From the NCBI RefSeq assembly GCF_006345805.1, contig NC_043003.1, forward strand, positions 105,214,001-105,278,000: a stretch of DNA of 64,000 nt, written 5' to 3'. Below, in pieces: positions 1 through 10,915 of this stretch (the first letter of the stretch is position 1; each line of letters opens with the position of its first letter). This DNA is from Octopus sinensis (lineage: Eukaryota). A program made the translations under genes and the position numbers. The notes below the pieces were generated by a model. It was not told the origin of the DNA, made no database searches, and worked only from the letters and a program-made list of their open reading frames with translations.

Positions 1-298
1 ATAGGCAATTGTGGAGTGAATTTTAGGGATAATAAATCTGATATTCTCCTATCCTTCCTTAATACTGGTTCCCATATGCTATTCATATCTGCACTCACTC
101 TGCTTAGGAGGTTGTTGTGTCCTAGCATATGTGCTGCTTCTTTTAGTTTTCGTATTTTCCAGTGGTGTTCTCTGTCTATTATTTTAACTTCATCCCACAG
201 GGGGAGGTGTCCATTTTTCCATATATGATCAGCTATACCTGATTTATCAATAACTCCTCGTGTCACAGTCTTGCGATGTTCATCTACCCTTATTTTAC
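1..298 (-). mobile_element. Penelope-like element 3' ORF remnant (GIY-YIG endonuclease C-terminus) running into a pseudo-LTR
   Basis: Minus-strand translation without ATG: KIRVDEHRKTVTRGVIDKSGIADHIWKNGHLPLWDEVKIIDREHHWKIRKLKEAAHMLGHNNLLSR...WEPVLRKDR. This contains the R..EH / IADH / WD.VKIIDRE / RKLKEA pattern typical of PLE GIY-YIG domains. Confidence 0.8.
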
Positions 299-535
299 CC
301 TTATTTTATAAGCCCTAAAATTCACTCCATAATTGCCCATGGGCATATGGCATATTTGTTAAGAGTGCGGGCTACTAACCCCAAGATTCTGAGTTCGATT
401 CCAAGCAGTAACAACAACAACAGCAGGTTCAAAATTTCCCCAAGACATCTGATGAAGGCTGGAGGGTATATCAGCTGAAATGTTAACAAACAAACAAGAG
501 GACTAATATCCGTCAAATGTAAATAATGTAAATAT
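299..535 (+). mobile_element. PLE pseudo-LTR inverted relative to the adjacent ORF remnant (tRNA-like head, AAC tract, decayed HHR)
   Basis: Begins with gccctaaaattcactccataattgcccatgggcatatgg, the inverted copy of positions 1-30. B-box-like gagttcgattcc, and ctgatga...gaaa at 449-480 with the stem I 3' strand missing. Confidence 0.7.
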
Positions 536-1313
536 GTATTTCTTTATGTTTCTGTCCTTGTTCTACAGACAGCCAAGACAATACGATATTAACAGTCAAT
601 GAAATTCCTAGATTAATTTTATTTTTATTTTCTATACATCTAAGAAAGTGGACATTTTGCTCTCAAAGCATGCAAAATTGTTTAGAGACTTAAAGTTTAA
701 CTTCACTTGATCTCCAGTTAATATATCATTTCATGATGTTAGCTATAATCAAGGGCTAAATTCTTCACTCCTCTGTTTAATTTAATATTAATGTTTTATA
801 TTTTGTGTGTGAGCTCAGACAACTACAATTTTATCATAATGTTCATAAAATTTCCTCTACATATGACATATTTCTCATAGGGCATGTTATTTAAAGTGAG
901 TTCCTACCATATTTTTAGCTTGATGTTAGCTGTGGCCATGTATGTCAACTATCCCATCTATCCAGCCTCTAAAATAAACTGATTTTTATCATCACCGTCA
1001 TCATTTTAAGATACATTTCTTTTTATCTTGTTCACACGGCTGGACAGGTCTGTCATTTATTGGATGACGCATTACCAGTTTTGAATAATATTTCAGTTCA
1101 ATGAGTTGGAGATGTGTGTAGATAAAAAATTTCATGGGAAGAAACACGAAACTACGTCTTATGTAAAATTTGGACAATGAGATTGCATAAAAGACAAAGA
1201 TTATAACGACATCAGAAAATAAGTGAATTGCGAAGCAGTGGATAGAATGATAGGACAAATTTTAATTATCTCTATTTTTATCTGATAGCATCTATGACAA
1301 TATATTCCAAGCT

Positions 1314-1530
1314 AAACGGTGGCAAGCTGGTAGGAATGTTAGCAGGCCAGGCGAAATGCTTAGTGGTATTTCGTCAATCTTTACATTCTGAGTTCAAATT
1401 CCCTGAGGTCAACTTCCCCTTCCATCCGTTTGGGGTTGATAAATCAAGTACCACTTGCGTACTGGGGTTGATCTAATCGAATGGCCCCCTTCTCCAAAGT
1501 TTCAGGCCTTGTGCCTAGAGTAGAAAAGAG
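1314..1530 (+). mobile_element. tRNA-derived SINE-like family A copy with 16-bp TSD
   Basis: tatattccaagctaaa at 1301-1316 and 1531-1546. Head ggtggcaagctgg...gagttcaaattcc. Related copies at about 6690-6910(-), 13455-13690(-), 24953-25170, 33040-33170, 35040-35170(-), 40870-41015, 41035-41245, 41466-41665 and 43903-44110. Confidence 0.8.
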
Positions 1531-2193
1531 TATATTCCAAGCTAAATTTCAATTTAGTGTGATTTTAATTCACCTCAAAGACATAATTTTTTTTTTTTAA
1601 TGTCCGAAACTTTATTTTTTCCCCTTCATGCTCTTCATCAAAGGAAGATACAGTGAAATCAAAGTTATTTCTTCATCAATGTAATATTTTATTGAAACAA
1701 AATATTACAAAATAGTATTTACAAGCAACGCTGTATAAAGGAATTTGCTTTGCAACTGAGGTTTACAATTTGATCTCACTGCGAGGCACCTTGAACAAAA
1801 TACCTCAAACTGATATCTTGATAAAATTAAATTTGGGGGCAGAAACTGTAAAGAAGCCTGTTGTGTGTGTGTGTTGGACGGTGTGTGCGCGTACATCTAA
1901 ACACCTGGTATTTTTATTCGTAAAGGGACATAACTCTGTAGGTGAACCTAGTAATTTGAATATGCAGAGATAAAAATGAGGATTGGATTAAGTAGTGGTG
2001 TTGATAAAAGTTAACTAAAAACCCTTGGAAGTAGTGTCCTAAAATGGTCACAGTTCAATGACTGAAACCGGTATAAGAATAAATTAATAGAAGTATTAAA
2101 GCTTTTCTTGAAAATGAAAACTTTATCTAGTTTTCTCTCACATTGGTTAATAATTGCATGTTTTAAAGCCCCTGCCCCCCTTCTCTCTATGTA

Positions 2194-2225
<32 letters not shown>

Positions 2226-4169
2226 CATGTGTATGTGTGTATGCATGCATGCAAGTGTGTATATGTGTGTGTGTATATATATGTATGGATGGATGGATGG
2301 ATGGATGTGTGTACGTATGTCATAAGTTTCATCATTCTCAAATTATAATTTGTTTTCATGGCATTTCAGAATAGTTTCTTCTATAAATTATGAATGAAGG
2401 ATTCATGGCTGGCTTTTATTTTCTGAAGCACTCGTGACATCATTCAGAATCTCTGAGATTGGTGCAGGTTGGGGAGAGACAAAATTATCCTCAGGCTGGG
2501 GTGGATTGGGTTCAAATGCTTGCAACTGGGTAAACTCTGCTAAACGTACCCAAGGATTAGTTGATGGTGTTAAACTAGATGGTAGATTAAATCTACCATC
2601 ACTAGCATAGCTGGAGTGTGTGCCACCCAGGGTGGCCCTTCTGTTTGCTGCCCCCGGATCCCACAAAAAGTACATATTGCCTACAGCAGACCCAAAAGTG
2701 CCTCCCAGAGTGGACCGCCCAAGGTGGAGCACCCAGGGTGGAGCACCCGGAGTGGACTGCCCCCTCCCACCCTAGCTATAGTACTGTCTACCATTCATTT
2801 AAATAGCTAAAAGAGAGAAAGGGGTGGGGGAATTATTTTAGAGCTAACGTTGTTTTATGAAAGGCATCAAACTGGCAGAAGTCTTAGTGTGTGGCACCAA
2901 ATGCTTGGTGGTAATACTTCAAACTCAATATGTCCTGACTTCAAATCTTGCTAAGGTCAGCTTTGCTTTTCTTCTCTTTGGGGTTGATAAAATAAACTAC
3001 AAGCCAAGTACTGAGGTTGATGTAACTACATTCTGTCACCACATTTCTCCAGAATTGTTTTAGTGCAAAGTTGGATTATATAATTAGTTGAAAGTTAAAG
3101 TATCAGAAGAGGATGCAACAGCATACTTGCTTGCTTTATTAGAAAACCTCTCTCTATATAAAGCTGAAGTTGTCTGTGTATGGCGGGTTTGGTAGCCTTC
3201 AACTAATACTATCTCCTCCGACACCCTGCGGCGCAAGTTGACCAAAATTGAGAGTATGATAGAAGGCTTGCTCTTCCTTCCATAGAAGAAAAAATTCAAA
3301 TCAGACCATGTTAACACCAAAAATTATTTACATCAAAAAGGTGCTTTTTTTTCTATGAAAATCCCTATTTTTTACAATTTTTTTACTGCTGTGTCGCCAT
3401 TTTTTTGGTGTATTTCAACCAGAAAAATGTTCACTTAAAGAGAATAACAAGCTACATAATGCAAAATTTTACTTTTCAAAAATTCCAATTCTAAAGGGTC
3501 GAAACAAACCCGAGTAACGCCAGGCGATACTGCTAGTAGAATATAAATATGAGGGCTACCTCTTGTCATTTCCATTCCTTCTCTCAGCAGAGAGGTCCTT
3601 ATCTTGCAAACTTGCAGGTGTTGGTGTCCCATAAAAAGCACCCGTACTGGTGCCACATGAAAAAGCACATATATGGCACCCAGTATACTTTGTGAAGTGG
3701 TTGGTGTAAGGAAAGGCATCCAGTCATAGAAACCATGCCAAAACAGACAACTGGAGCCTGGTGCAGCCCTCTGGCTTGCCATCTCCTGTCAAACAGTCCG
3801 ACCCATGCCAGTATGGAAAACGGATGTTAAATGATGATGATGATGATGACTTCACAACAGGATTAGTTTTAATTATTTGTAATAATGAGGACTTATTTAA
3901 ATGCAGTTTCAAGGAAACTATTTATTATAAGGCGGGAGACTGCTTTAATTTTTATTGATTTTCTTTGGTTTAAACTTACTTTCTAAACAATATATAAATT
4001 TATGTATCAAGAAAATTGGAAAAAATAAATATTTTGATAGAATAAAGTGAAAAAAAAAAAAAGTAACTTGTATAGCATGAGATTTGATAATTTAGTTTCG
4101 TTTGATGATTCCTCTGCTAAGAGTCTTAAACCTGAAGTGCCATATCGTTTTATAATGAGACATAATAGT

Positions 4170-5230
4170 TCTTAGGAAATATTATTACGTGTCCCGAAAT
4201 GATGTCGAGAGGATGACGTTTCTCGGGGGGAAAAACAAATGACACGATAAGGGACCAGAGTTACTTGCCCTTGATCGGAATAACTATCCAATCATGGTAA
4301 ACACATGGAACTCACTATTTTCTAGTCATCAGCGTGTGCGGTTTGGCGGCGGAGGTGGCGTAGTGGGGATATAAGCAGCCGTTATTACGGATAAAAAGGC
4401 GCACGGTTCATGAGTCATGACTTCCACAGTTCTACCAGCCACCGGATCTACTCCTGTACTAGCCACATCTAATAATATTATTATTAATAATAATAATAGC
4501 TTAAACCGAGACATGATGCTAACGTAAGCTTCTCTTATTTATTAATTTCATTTCAATGTCCATTGTTCACCTTTGTTTTATTTCTTTCTTTCCCTCTAAA
4601 CTCTATTGTCTTCTGATATGAACCGATAATTTCAGTCTGCAAAGAAAATTATTCCGAATCTATTGGCACCGAATTCCAACCAAACTCACTATTTTAACTT
4701 GTAGCTATAATTTAAGCTTATATTTAAAACAAATTACTTTGTTTATGCTTTATTGATGAATTTATATCGGGTTTCTAAAGAAAATAATAAAATGAATTAC
4801 CAAAGACTTCGCTGCTCTAAATGTTTCGTTTCCAATTGTTGCGAGAGTGAATTAATTCGAAAATGAATGAAAACAAATTTTCTTTTGTTTATGAAACGAT
4901 GTGACCTGTATTTACTGACTTTATAAGAAATACATACTTTCTGTTTTGAACACCCGGTGTAATTTATAATGAAAATGTTTGTTATCCTAAGAAAAGTGCT
5001 CAAATCTAGACATAAGAATTTATATTGCAATGAAGAAAGTACTCGTTTTCCGGTTAACTACAAGCATCTCGTGCCAACGACTTCCGAAAATTCACCAACT
5101 TATTGTTGCTTTGATAATATCCCTGCTGCTAATAACCCTGAATGTGGTGTCAGCGACGGTCGCTGCTGACTCAACTCGCACTTGTAAGCGATCGATAATA
5201 GCTTCCCTTCTTACAACTTCTGTCTGAATC
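4170..5230 (+). promoter_or_regulatory. CpG-rich putative promoter / first-exon region
   Basis: Visibly many CpGs relative to the CpG-poor flanks. TATA-like gatataag at about 4368-4375, roughly 45 nt upstream of ATG 4417. Not computed. Confidence 0.45.
4417..4523 (+). CDS. RASSF2: Probable first coding exon of RASSF2/4-like gene (MTSTVLPATGSTPVLATSNNIIINNNNSLNRDMML-T)
   Basis: ATG at 4417, open for 35 codons + 2 nt, then donor AC|gtaagc at 4524. This phase-2 end matches the phase-2 start of exon 32733, giving ...DMMLTQDILEKF. Lies in a CpG-rich segment. No homology support for this exon by itself. Confidence 0.55.
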
Positions 5231-5412
5231 TAGGAAAACATTACAACTCATGCTGAAATCATTTTCTCTGTAAATTATCTGAACGTTTTGGTCTGCAGTT
5301 AGGAATTTAGTGTCTATAGTTATGGGATAGGGTAACCATACAATGCAAAATGGTTAACTTTAAATAAAAGGATCAATGATATATAGCTGCACAATTTACT
5401 TGCAATCTTAAG

Positions 5413-5450
<38 letters not shown>

Positions 5451-8400
5451 CATAAAAAAAATGAATGAATCTGGGACTTCGTATTTTCTTTCCCAATTGC
5501 ACATTTTTAAAGAGTCGGCCTTTATTTATGTAGGTTTATAATAAGGGTGCTAGGTAACAGCTTTTTAAGTGTAATTTAAATAATTGAACCATTACCATTC
5601 TTCCATATTGGCTTCGACTCCTTTTGTGATTTTTTTTTAATGTTTGGAACAATTTCAGTGATGTTGTTTGTCATCAATAATTCTACAGACACACACGCAC
5701 AGTCTCTCTCTCTCTCTCTCTCTCTCCTAATAAATTTATGTTTCGAAACAGCTTCATGTGATTTAATTTCAACTTTTCCAAGATTTTTATTTGTGGATTT
5801 GTTCTTAATCTATTATAAAATTAAGAAATACCTAAATGTTTATGAATAACTTTTATTTCCTAAATAATGCTTTATCAGTATTATCAGATTTTTTTAAAAT
5901 TCTATTCTGATATTTCTTATCTAATCTTCAAAATTTTCAAAATATCTAAGAATATTTAATTGTTCCTTAGTCATCTTCGTTAATAAACATTAAAATCATT
6001 TTCTCCCTTTCTCTATCTCTCCCACTTTTACTCCCTCTTCTCCTTACCTTTTTCTCTCCCTGTCTCTTCCCCCCTCTTCTCCTCTCCTCCACTCTCCTAC
6101 TTGTATTTTCTCTTCTCTCACTTTCCCTTTTTCAATGCCCTAAAACCTCGATATACTCAGATTTCTTTTCAACAAATCCCCATTGGCCAGTCATTAACGC
6201 CTGTTGCATACTGAAACCAAACCAGAAATATTTATTTTGTAGGCGGCATTTAAGTTACAATTGATAAACCATTTTCAGACTCAAAACAGTTTTGAAGAAA
6301 TAGTAGTCTGTTCCTTTCTTTCTTTTCATTTACTAACTCGCAAAGAACCGAGTTCAAATATCAACAAAGACATTCTGCTCGTGCAATTACTCAGTGTATA
6401 AACTATTTAACTCCAGCATGCAGAGTAACATTTATTTTATCATCTTATGATTAATATATGGCGAAATTGATTTTTGATTTGGAATTGTTAAAGAAAAAAA
6501 AAAAAGCTGACGGAAGTAAAACCTTAATTATACTCCTTCTTCCCTTCCATGATCTCACAACTCGTGATGAAGTGGTAGGGGCGCCGTTGTTATATATTTC
6601 TTGAGTCCTGGGGCTCATAAAGCCAGTTATCCAATTTCCATCGCATGTGAAGTGACTAACATCTCACTATACCCCCTCAACCGGACACCGGTCCAATGCA
6701 GAGCCCAAGGTAGCAGCAGCACTTTTGAGGGGAGGTGGCAAGTCAATTACCTCAACCCCACCACCCCCACCACGTGCCTGCTACTTGATTTTTATCGACC
6801 CTGAAGAGATAAAAGGCAAAGCTGACCTTGGTGGAATTTGAACTCAGAGCTGGAATGTTGCTAAGCATTTTGTCTGATGTGCTGCTAATGATTCTGCTGC
6901 CTTGCCACCTTTATTTATATACAGGTATTTGAATCTAGTTTCACTCCACCCAATACCTGTTAAAGAGAGAAGAACCAACACCTGACTGGACTGTTATTTT
7001 ATCTATCAGCTTTAAAAGGATGAAGAGCAAAGCTAACCTCAACAGAGTTTGAACTCGGTGTATGGAGCTTGACAAGTGCCATCAGGCATTCTGTCTGATG
7101 CTCTATCACTTGTCCCAATTAGCCGCTTTAACTACTTTGCCGACTCTAAATGAATGAATGAATGAATAAGAAAGTTAACCATCGAAGAATTTGAACTCAG
7201 TCAAGTGACTCAAAGTACTTTAGTGAAGCTGTGCCTGACTACCTCTTGTTAGTTGGCCAAACTGTTGCTCTCTTACACAGGCCTCAAATTTATAACAGAA
7301 AAGAAATGAAATTGTATGATGTACCTTTTTTGTTGAGTATTAAACTGAAGTAAAATAGTTATCTATAATAATAAATGCCAAACGAATTTCTGTGTGTCAG
7401 TGTGTCACACTTTAACCCCCTCTCTCACTATTCAGTGACATTTCTATTTTTCCTCATGTTAGGGTGGGAGTAATGGTAGGCATAGACAGCGAGGCAGTAG
7501 TAGACTGACGGATGTGATGGTAATGGGGTGATAGTATGAGCTGTACTTGTGATGGAAGTAGTGGTGGTGGTAGCCAAGGCAATCGGAGATGGTGATGGTA
7601 GTAAGCGATGGGAAAGACAATGGTGGTGGTGGTGGGGAAGGCAGCAAGGTCAGATATTGATGGTGGTGGCGTCAGAAGTCTGAATGGTGTGTGTATTGAC
7701 AGTTGTTGTGGTGGTGGTGATGGTGTTGGTTGAAAACAATCAACAGAAAGAGGTTAGGAAAAAAATTTATACTGACCCCCGAATGGGAAGACAAATGTTT
7801 ATCGGGCAGCTTTGCAATAAGTTCCAAGTCGACAAATTATATCATTGTTTATTGCTTGAAAAATATTGGCCAAGTTTAATAAAATTTAATATGTACTCAA
7901 TGCATGAAGTGTCATTGTTGGGCTCAAGGCTCAATGAAGAGCCCTCCACAGGAGCTAGCTTAAAAGCTAGTAATCAATAATTGAAACTATATTGTGGATT
8001 GGTCTTGAAATGTTAAATTGTTACATCACCATCATCATTGAATATCCATTTCCCATAGAGCCAGACAACCACACCAAACTCCAATGTCGGCTTATGCATA
8101 ATTTCTATGACTGGATGCTCTTCCTAATGCCAACCACTTCAGAGTGGCTGGCATTAGGAAAAGCACCCAGTGAGGTCACCATGAAACTCACAAGACAAAA
8201 CTTCTCAACTGAATAGGGTGTAGTATTGAGGGAGGTGGCTTTATGCCAGGTGATGAGAAGTTAAAGTATGATAGAAGGACAGGAACAGTAGAGAAGTAGA
8301 GAAGACTCATGACCACCATTAATGACATTTTGGGCAAGTACATCCTCATCATCATCGTTAATGTCCATTTTCCGTGCTTGCATGGGTTGGACGGTTTGAC

Positions 8401-10369
8401 TGGGGACTGGCAAGCCAGTAGGCTGTGCCAGGCTCCAGTCTGATCTGGCAAGGTTTCTATAGCTGGATGCCCTTCCTAACACCAACCACTCAGAGAGTTT
8501 AGTGGGTGCTTTTTATGTGCCACCAGCATAGGAGCCAGTGGGGGTGGGGGGACTGGCATCGACCGTGTTCAGATGGTGCTTATCACGTGCCACCAGCACA
8601 GGTGCCAGTCAGGCAGCACTGGCATCAGCCACCTTTATAATAATCATTTTCTCTCATTTTATTCTCTACATCAGTGTATATATTCAGTTTTCTATTAACT
8701 GCATTCAAAATTCAGATTATTAATTTTCTATTCTACATTGCTTTTTATTAACCATTGAAATAAGTACGAGTTCAATATTTTGGTTATTGTTTTGTGAGGG
8801 CAACAGAAAAGAGAGTCTGCGTTGGAGATTTCTCAAAGAAACACTAGATGTGTGACCAGGCATGGTTGTGTGGTAAGAAGTATGCTTCCCAACCATATGG
8901 CTCCAGGTTCAGTCCTAGTATGTGGTGCCTTAGGCTGACCAAAGCCTTGTGAGTGAATTTTAATGGTAACTGTAAGAAACCAATTGTGTATATATGTGTG
9001 TGTGTGTATATATATCTGTATTGTCCCTCACCATCGCTTGACAACTGGTGTTGGTGTGTTTACATCCCTTGTAATTTGGAGGTGCAGCAAAAGAATAAGT
9101 GCCAGGCTTGAAACAATGGAAAAATAAGTCCTGGGTTCAATTCATTCGACTAAAAATTCTTCCAAGCAATGCCCCAGCATGGCCGTAGTCTAATGACTGA
9201 AACAAGTAAAAGATAAAAGTTGTGGGTGAGTGTGTTTTGCTTAGGTTTGTTGTTGATGAATGGACACAGTTTGCTCTGCTTACTCTGTCCAGTGGTGTCA
9301 CTAACCTTATCTATGAATATAAATCCGTTAGGGTTTTACTCTGCAATTTGTAGTTGACCATTTAAGTATTAAGCAAGATAATGGAGCCAGTTTGATTGTC
9401 TATAGTTTGACTTTCTTTTCATGTTTTGGTTTGTGTGATGGAAGTTGCTTCTGTCCATTACTTTTCCAGGTTATTAAACTGGAGAACAAAGATATGAAGT
9501 GCATTTGATGCCTCACTCAAAATCTTAAAAGTCAATTGTTAAACAGAAATTTGGTTTTAGGAAGGGCATCCAGTTGTAGAAACCATGCCAAAACAGAAAT
9601 AGGAACTTGGTGCGGTTCTTGTCTGCACGGAAAATGGATGTTAAATGATGAGAGGTGAGGTTCCAGAAGACTACAACTCTTGGCTGCAAAAATTAAGGAA
9701 AATATTTAGTATTGAATCTAATGTATGTGCAATGCAGTAGGGATGATGGGGGGAAGAAGAGATAGGGTATATAAGTGGATATAGATGGGGGAAGCCAATA
9801 TGTAACAAATTTAAAAGAGCAGAGGCCATTGTAGTCATAGCAGACAGATAAAAGGAAGAACAGTGTTGCATTTGGGTGTGAGGTTGTGTTGATGAGGGAA
9901 TAATGAGTTGCCAATCAAACAGGCAGCATGCTTCTTCTTTTTTTTTTCTCCAATGCAGTCCAAATTGTGTTGTTGTGATCGATGTTTCATCTTTGTGTGT
10001 AGCATGTTAGTGTAGAGCAATGTTTATGCTTTATGCCTAAAGGAAATCAATATTTTGCTTTGTTTCTATAAGTTTATTGAGAAGTACTTTAACCCTTTGG
10101 CATTCAGATTTCGCTGTTAAGTATCAGGCCTATATATTCACATGGATTTTGAATTAATTTTTGGCTTTTTCATATTGGATTATGTTAGTGTTTTATTGTT
10201 ACCTTTCAAAAAGACAACTCTGAGACATTTGAAGATACTTTTTAATTTATAAACTTTACAGAATAATTTGATTTTAGGTAGAATTTCTTTTCCTGCTGTG
10301 ACTAAAATGGAAATTTTTATTCCCCGTTCCCTTCCCATATACACAAGGTATTTTTCAATGTTGAATGTT

Positions 10370-10915
10370 ATTATTGATATCGAACTCGGAATCTTGGGGC
10401 TAGTAGCCTGTGCTCTTAACCACTATGCTATATGCCTGTGGACAATTATGGAGTGAATTTTAGGGCTTATAAATCTAATATTTTCCTATCCTTCCTTAAT
10501 ACTGGTTCCCATGTGCTATTCATATCTGCACTCACTCTGCTTAGGAGGTTGTTGTGTTCTAGCATATGTGCTGCTTCTTTTAGTTTTCATATTTTCCAGT
10601 GGTGTTCTCTATTATTTTAACCACTATGCCATATGCCCGTGGGCATATGGTGTAGTGGTTAAGACCGCGGGCTACTAACCCCAAGATTCCGAGTTCGATT
10701 CCAGGCAATGACCTGAATAATAATAATGATAACATCGAAAAATACCTTAGGAATGAGAACCCAGGTTCAAAATTTCCCTAAGACACCTGATGAAGGCTGG
10801 AGGGTATATCAGCCGAAATGTTGTGTTAACAACAAGCAAGATGAGGATAAATATCTATCAAATGTAAATAATGTGCATAATTCCTCATCTCTTAAATATA
10901 GAACTGTAAAATCTA
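10370..10915. mobile_element. 5'-inverted PLE insertion: minus pLTR part + GIY-YIG remnant (about 10460-10615, minus) + plus-strand full pLTR
   Basis: 10445-10615 is highly similar to 8-185. Palindromic junction at 10616-10663. Plus pLTR has A-box tggtgtagtgg (10648), B-box gagttcgattcc (10691), (TAA)n and an HHR. Confidence 0.8.
10782..10827 (+). ncRNA. Minimal type I hammerhead ribozyme motif
   Basis: Stem I gacac/gtgtt, core CTGATGA, stem II ggctg/cagcc, GAAA, short stem III A-TG-T, cleavage triplet GUU. Confidence 0.7.

Noticed and set aside
2011-2374. Cluster of short ORFs such as HTHTHT / CVCVCV (also many elsewhere in the track)
   Set aside because: These are translations of dinucleotide microsatellites and SINE bodies.
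4329-4514. Minus-strand 61-aa ORF with a signal-peptide-like LLLLLIIILL
   Set aside because: The hydrophobic run is the antisense reading of the AAT/ATT microsatellite. The plus strand has a better, phase-compatible exon.
10640-10705. tRNA gene
   Set aside because: A/B boxes and an anticodon-like loop are present, but no full cloverleaf was seen and it always sits inside the repeat, so it is called tRNA-like only.
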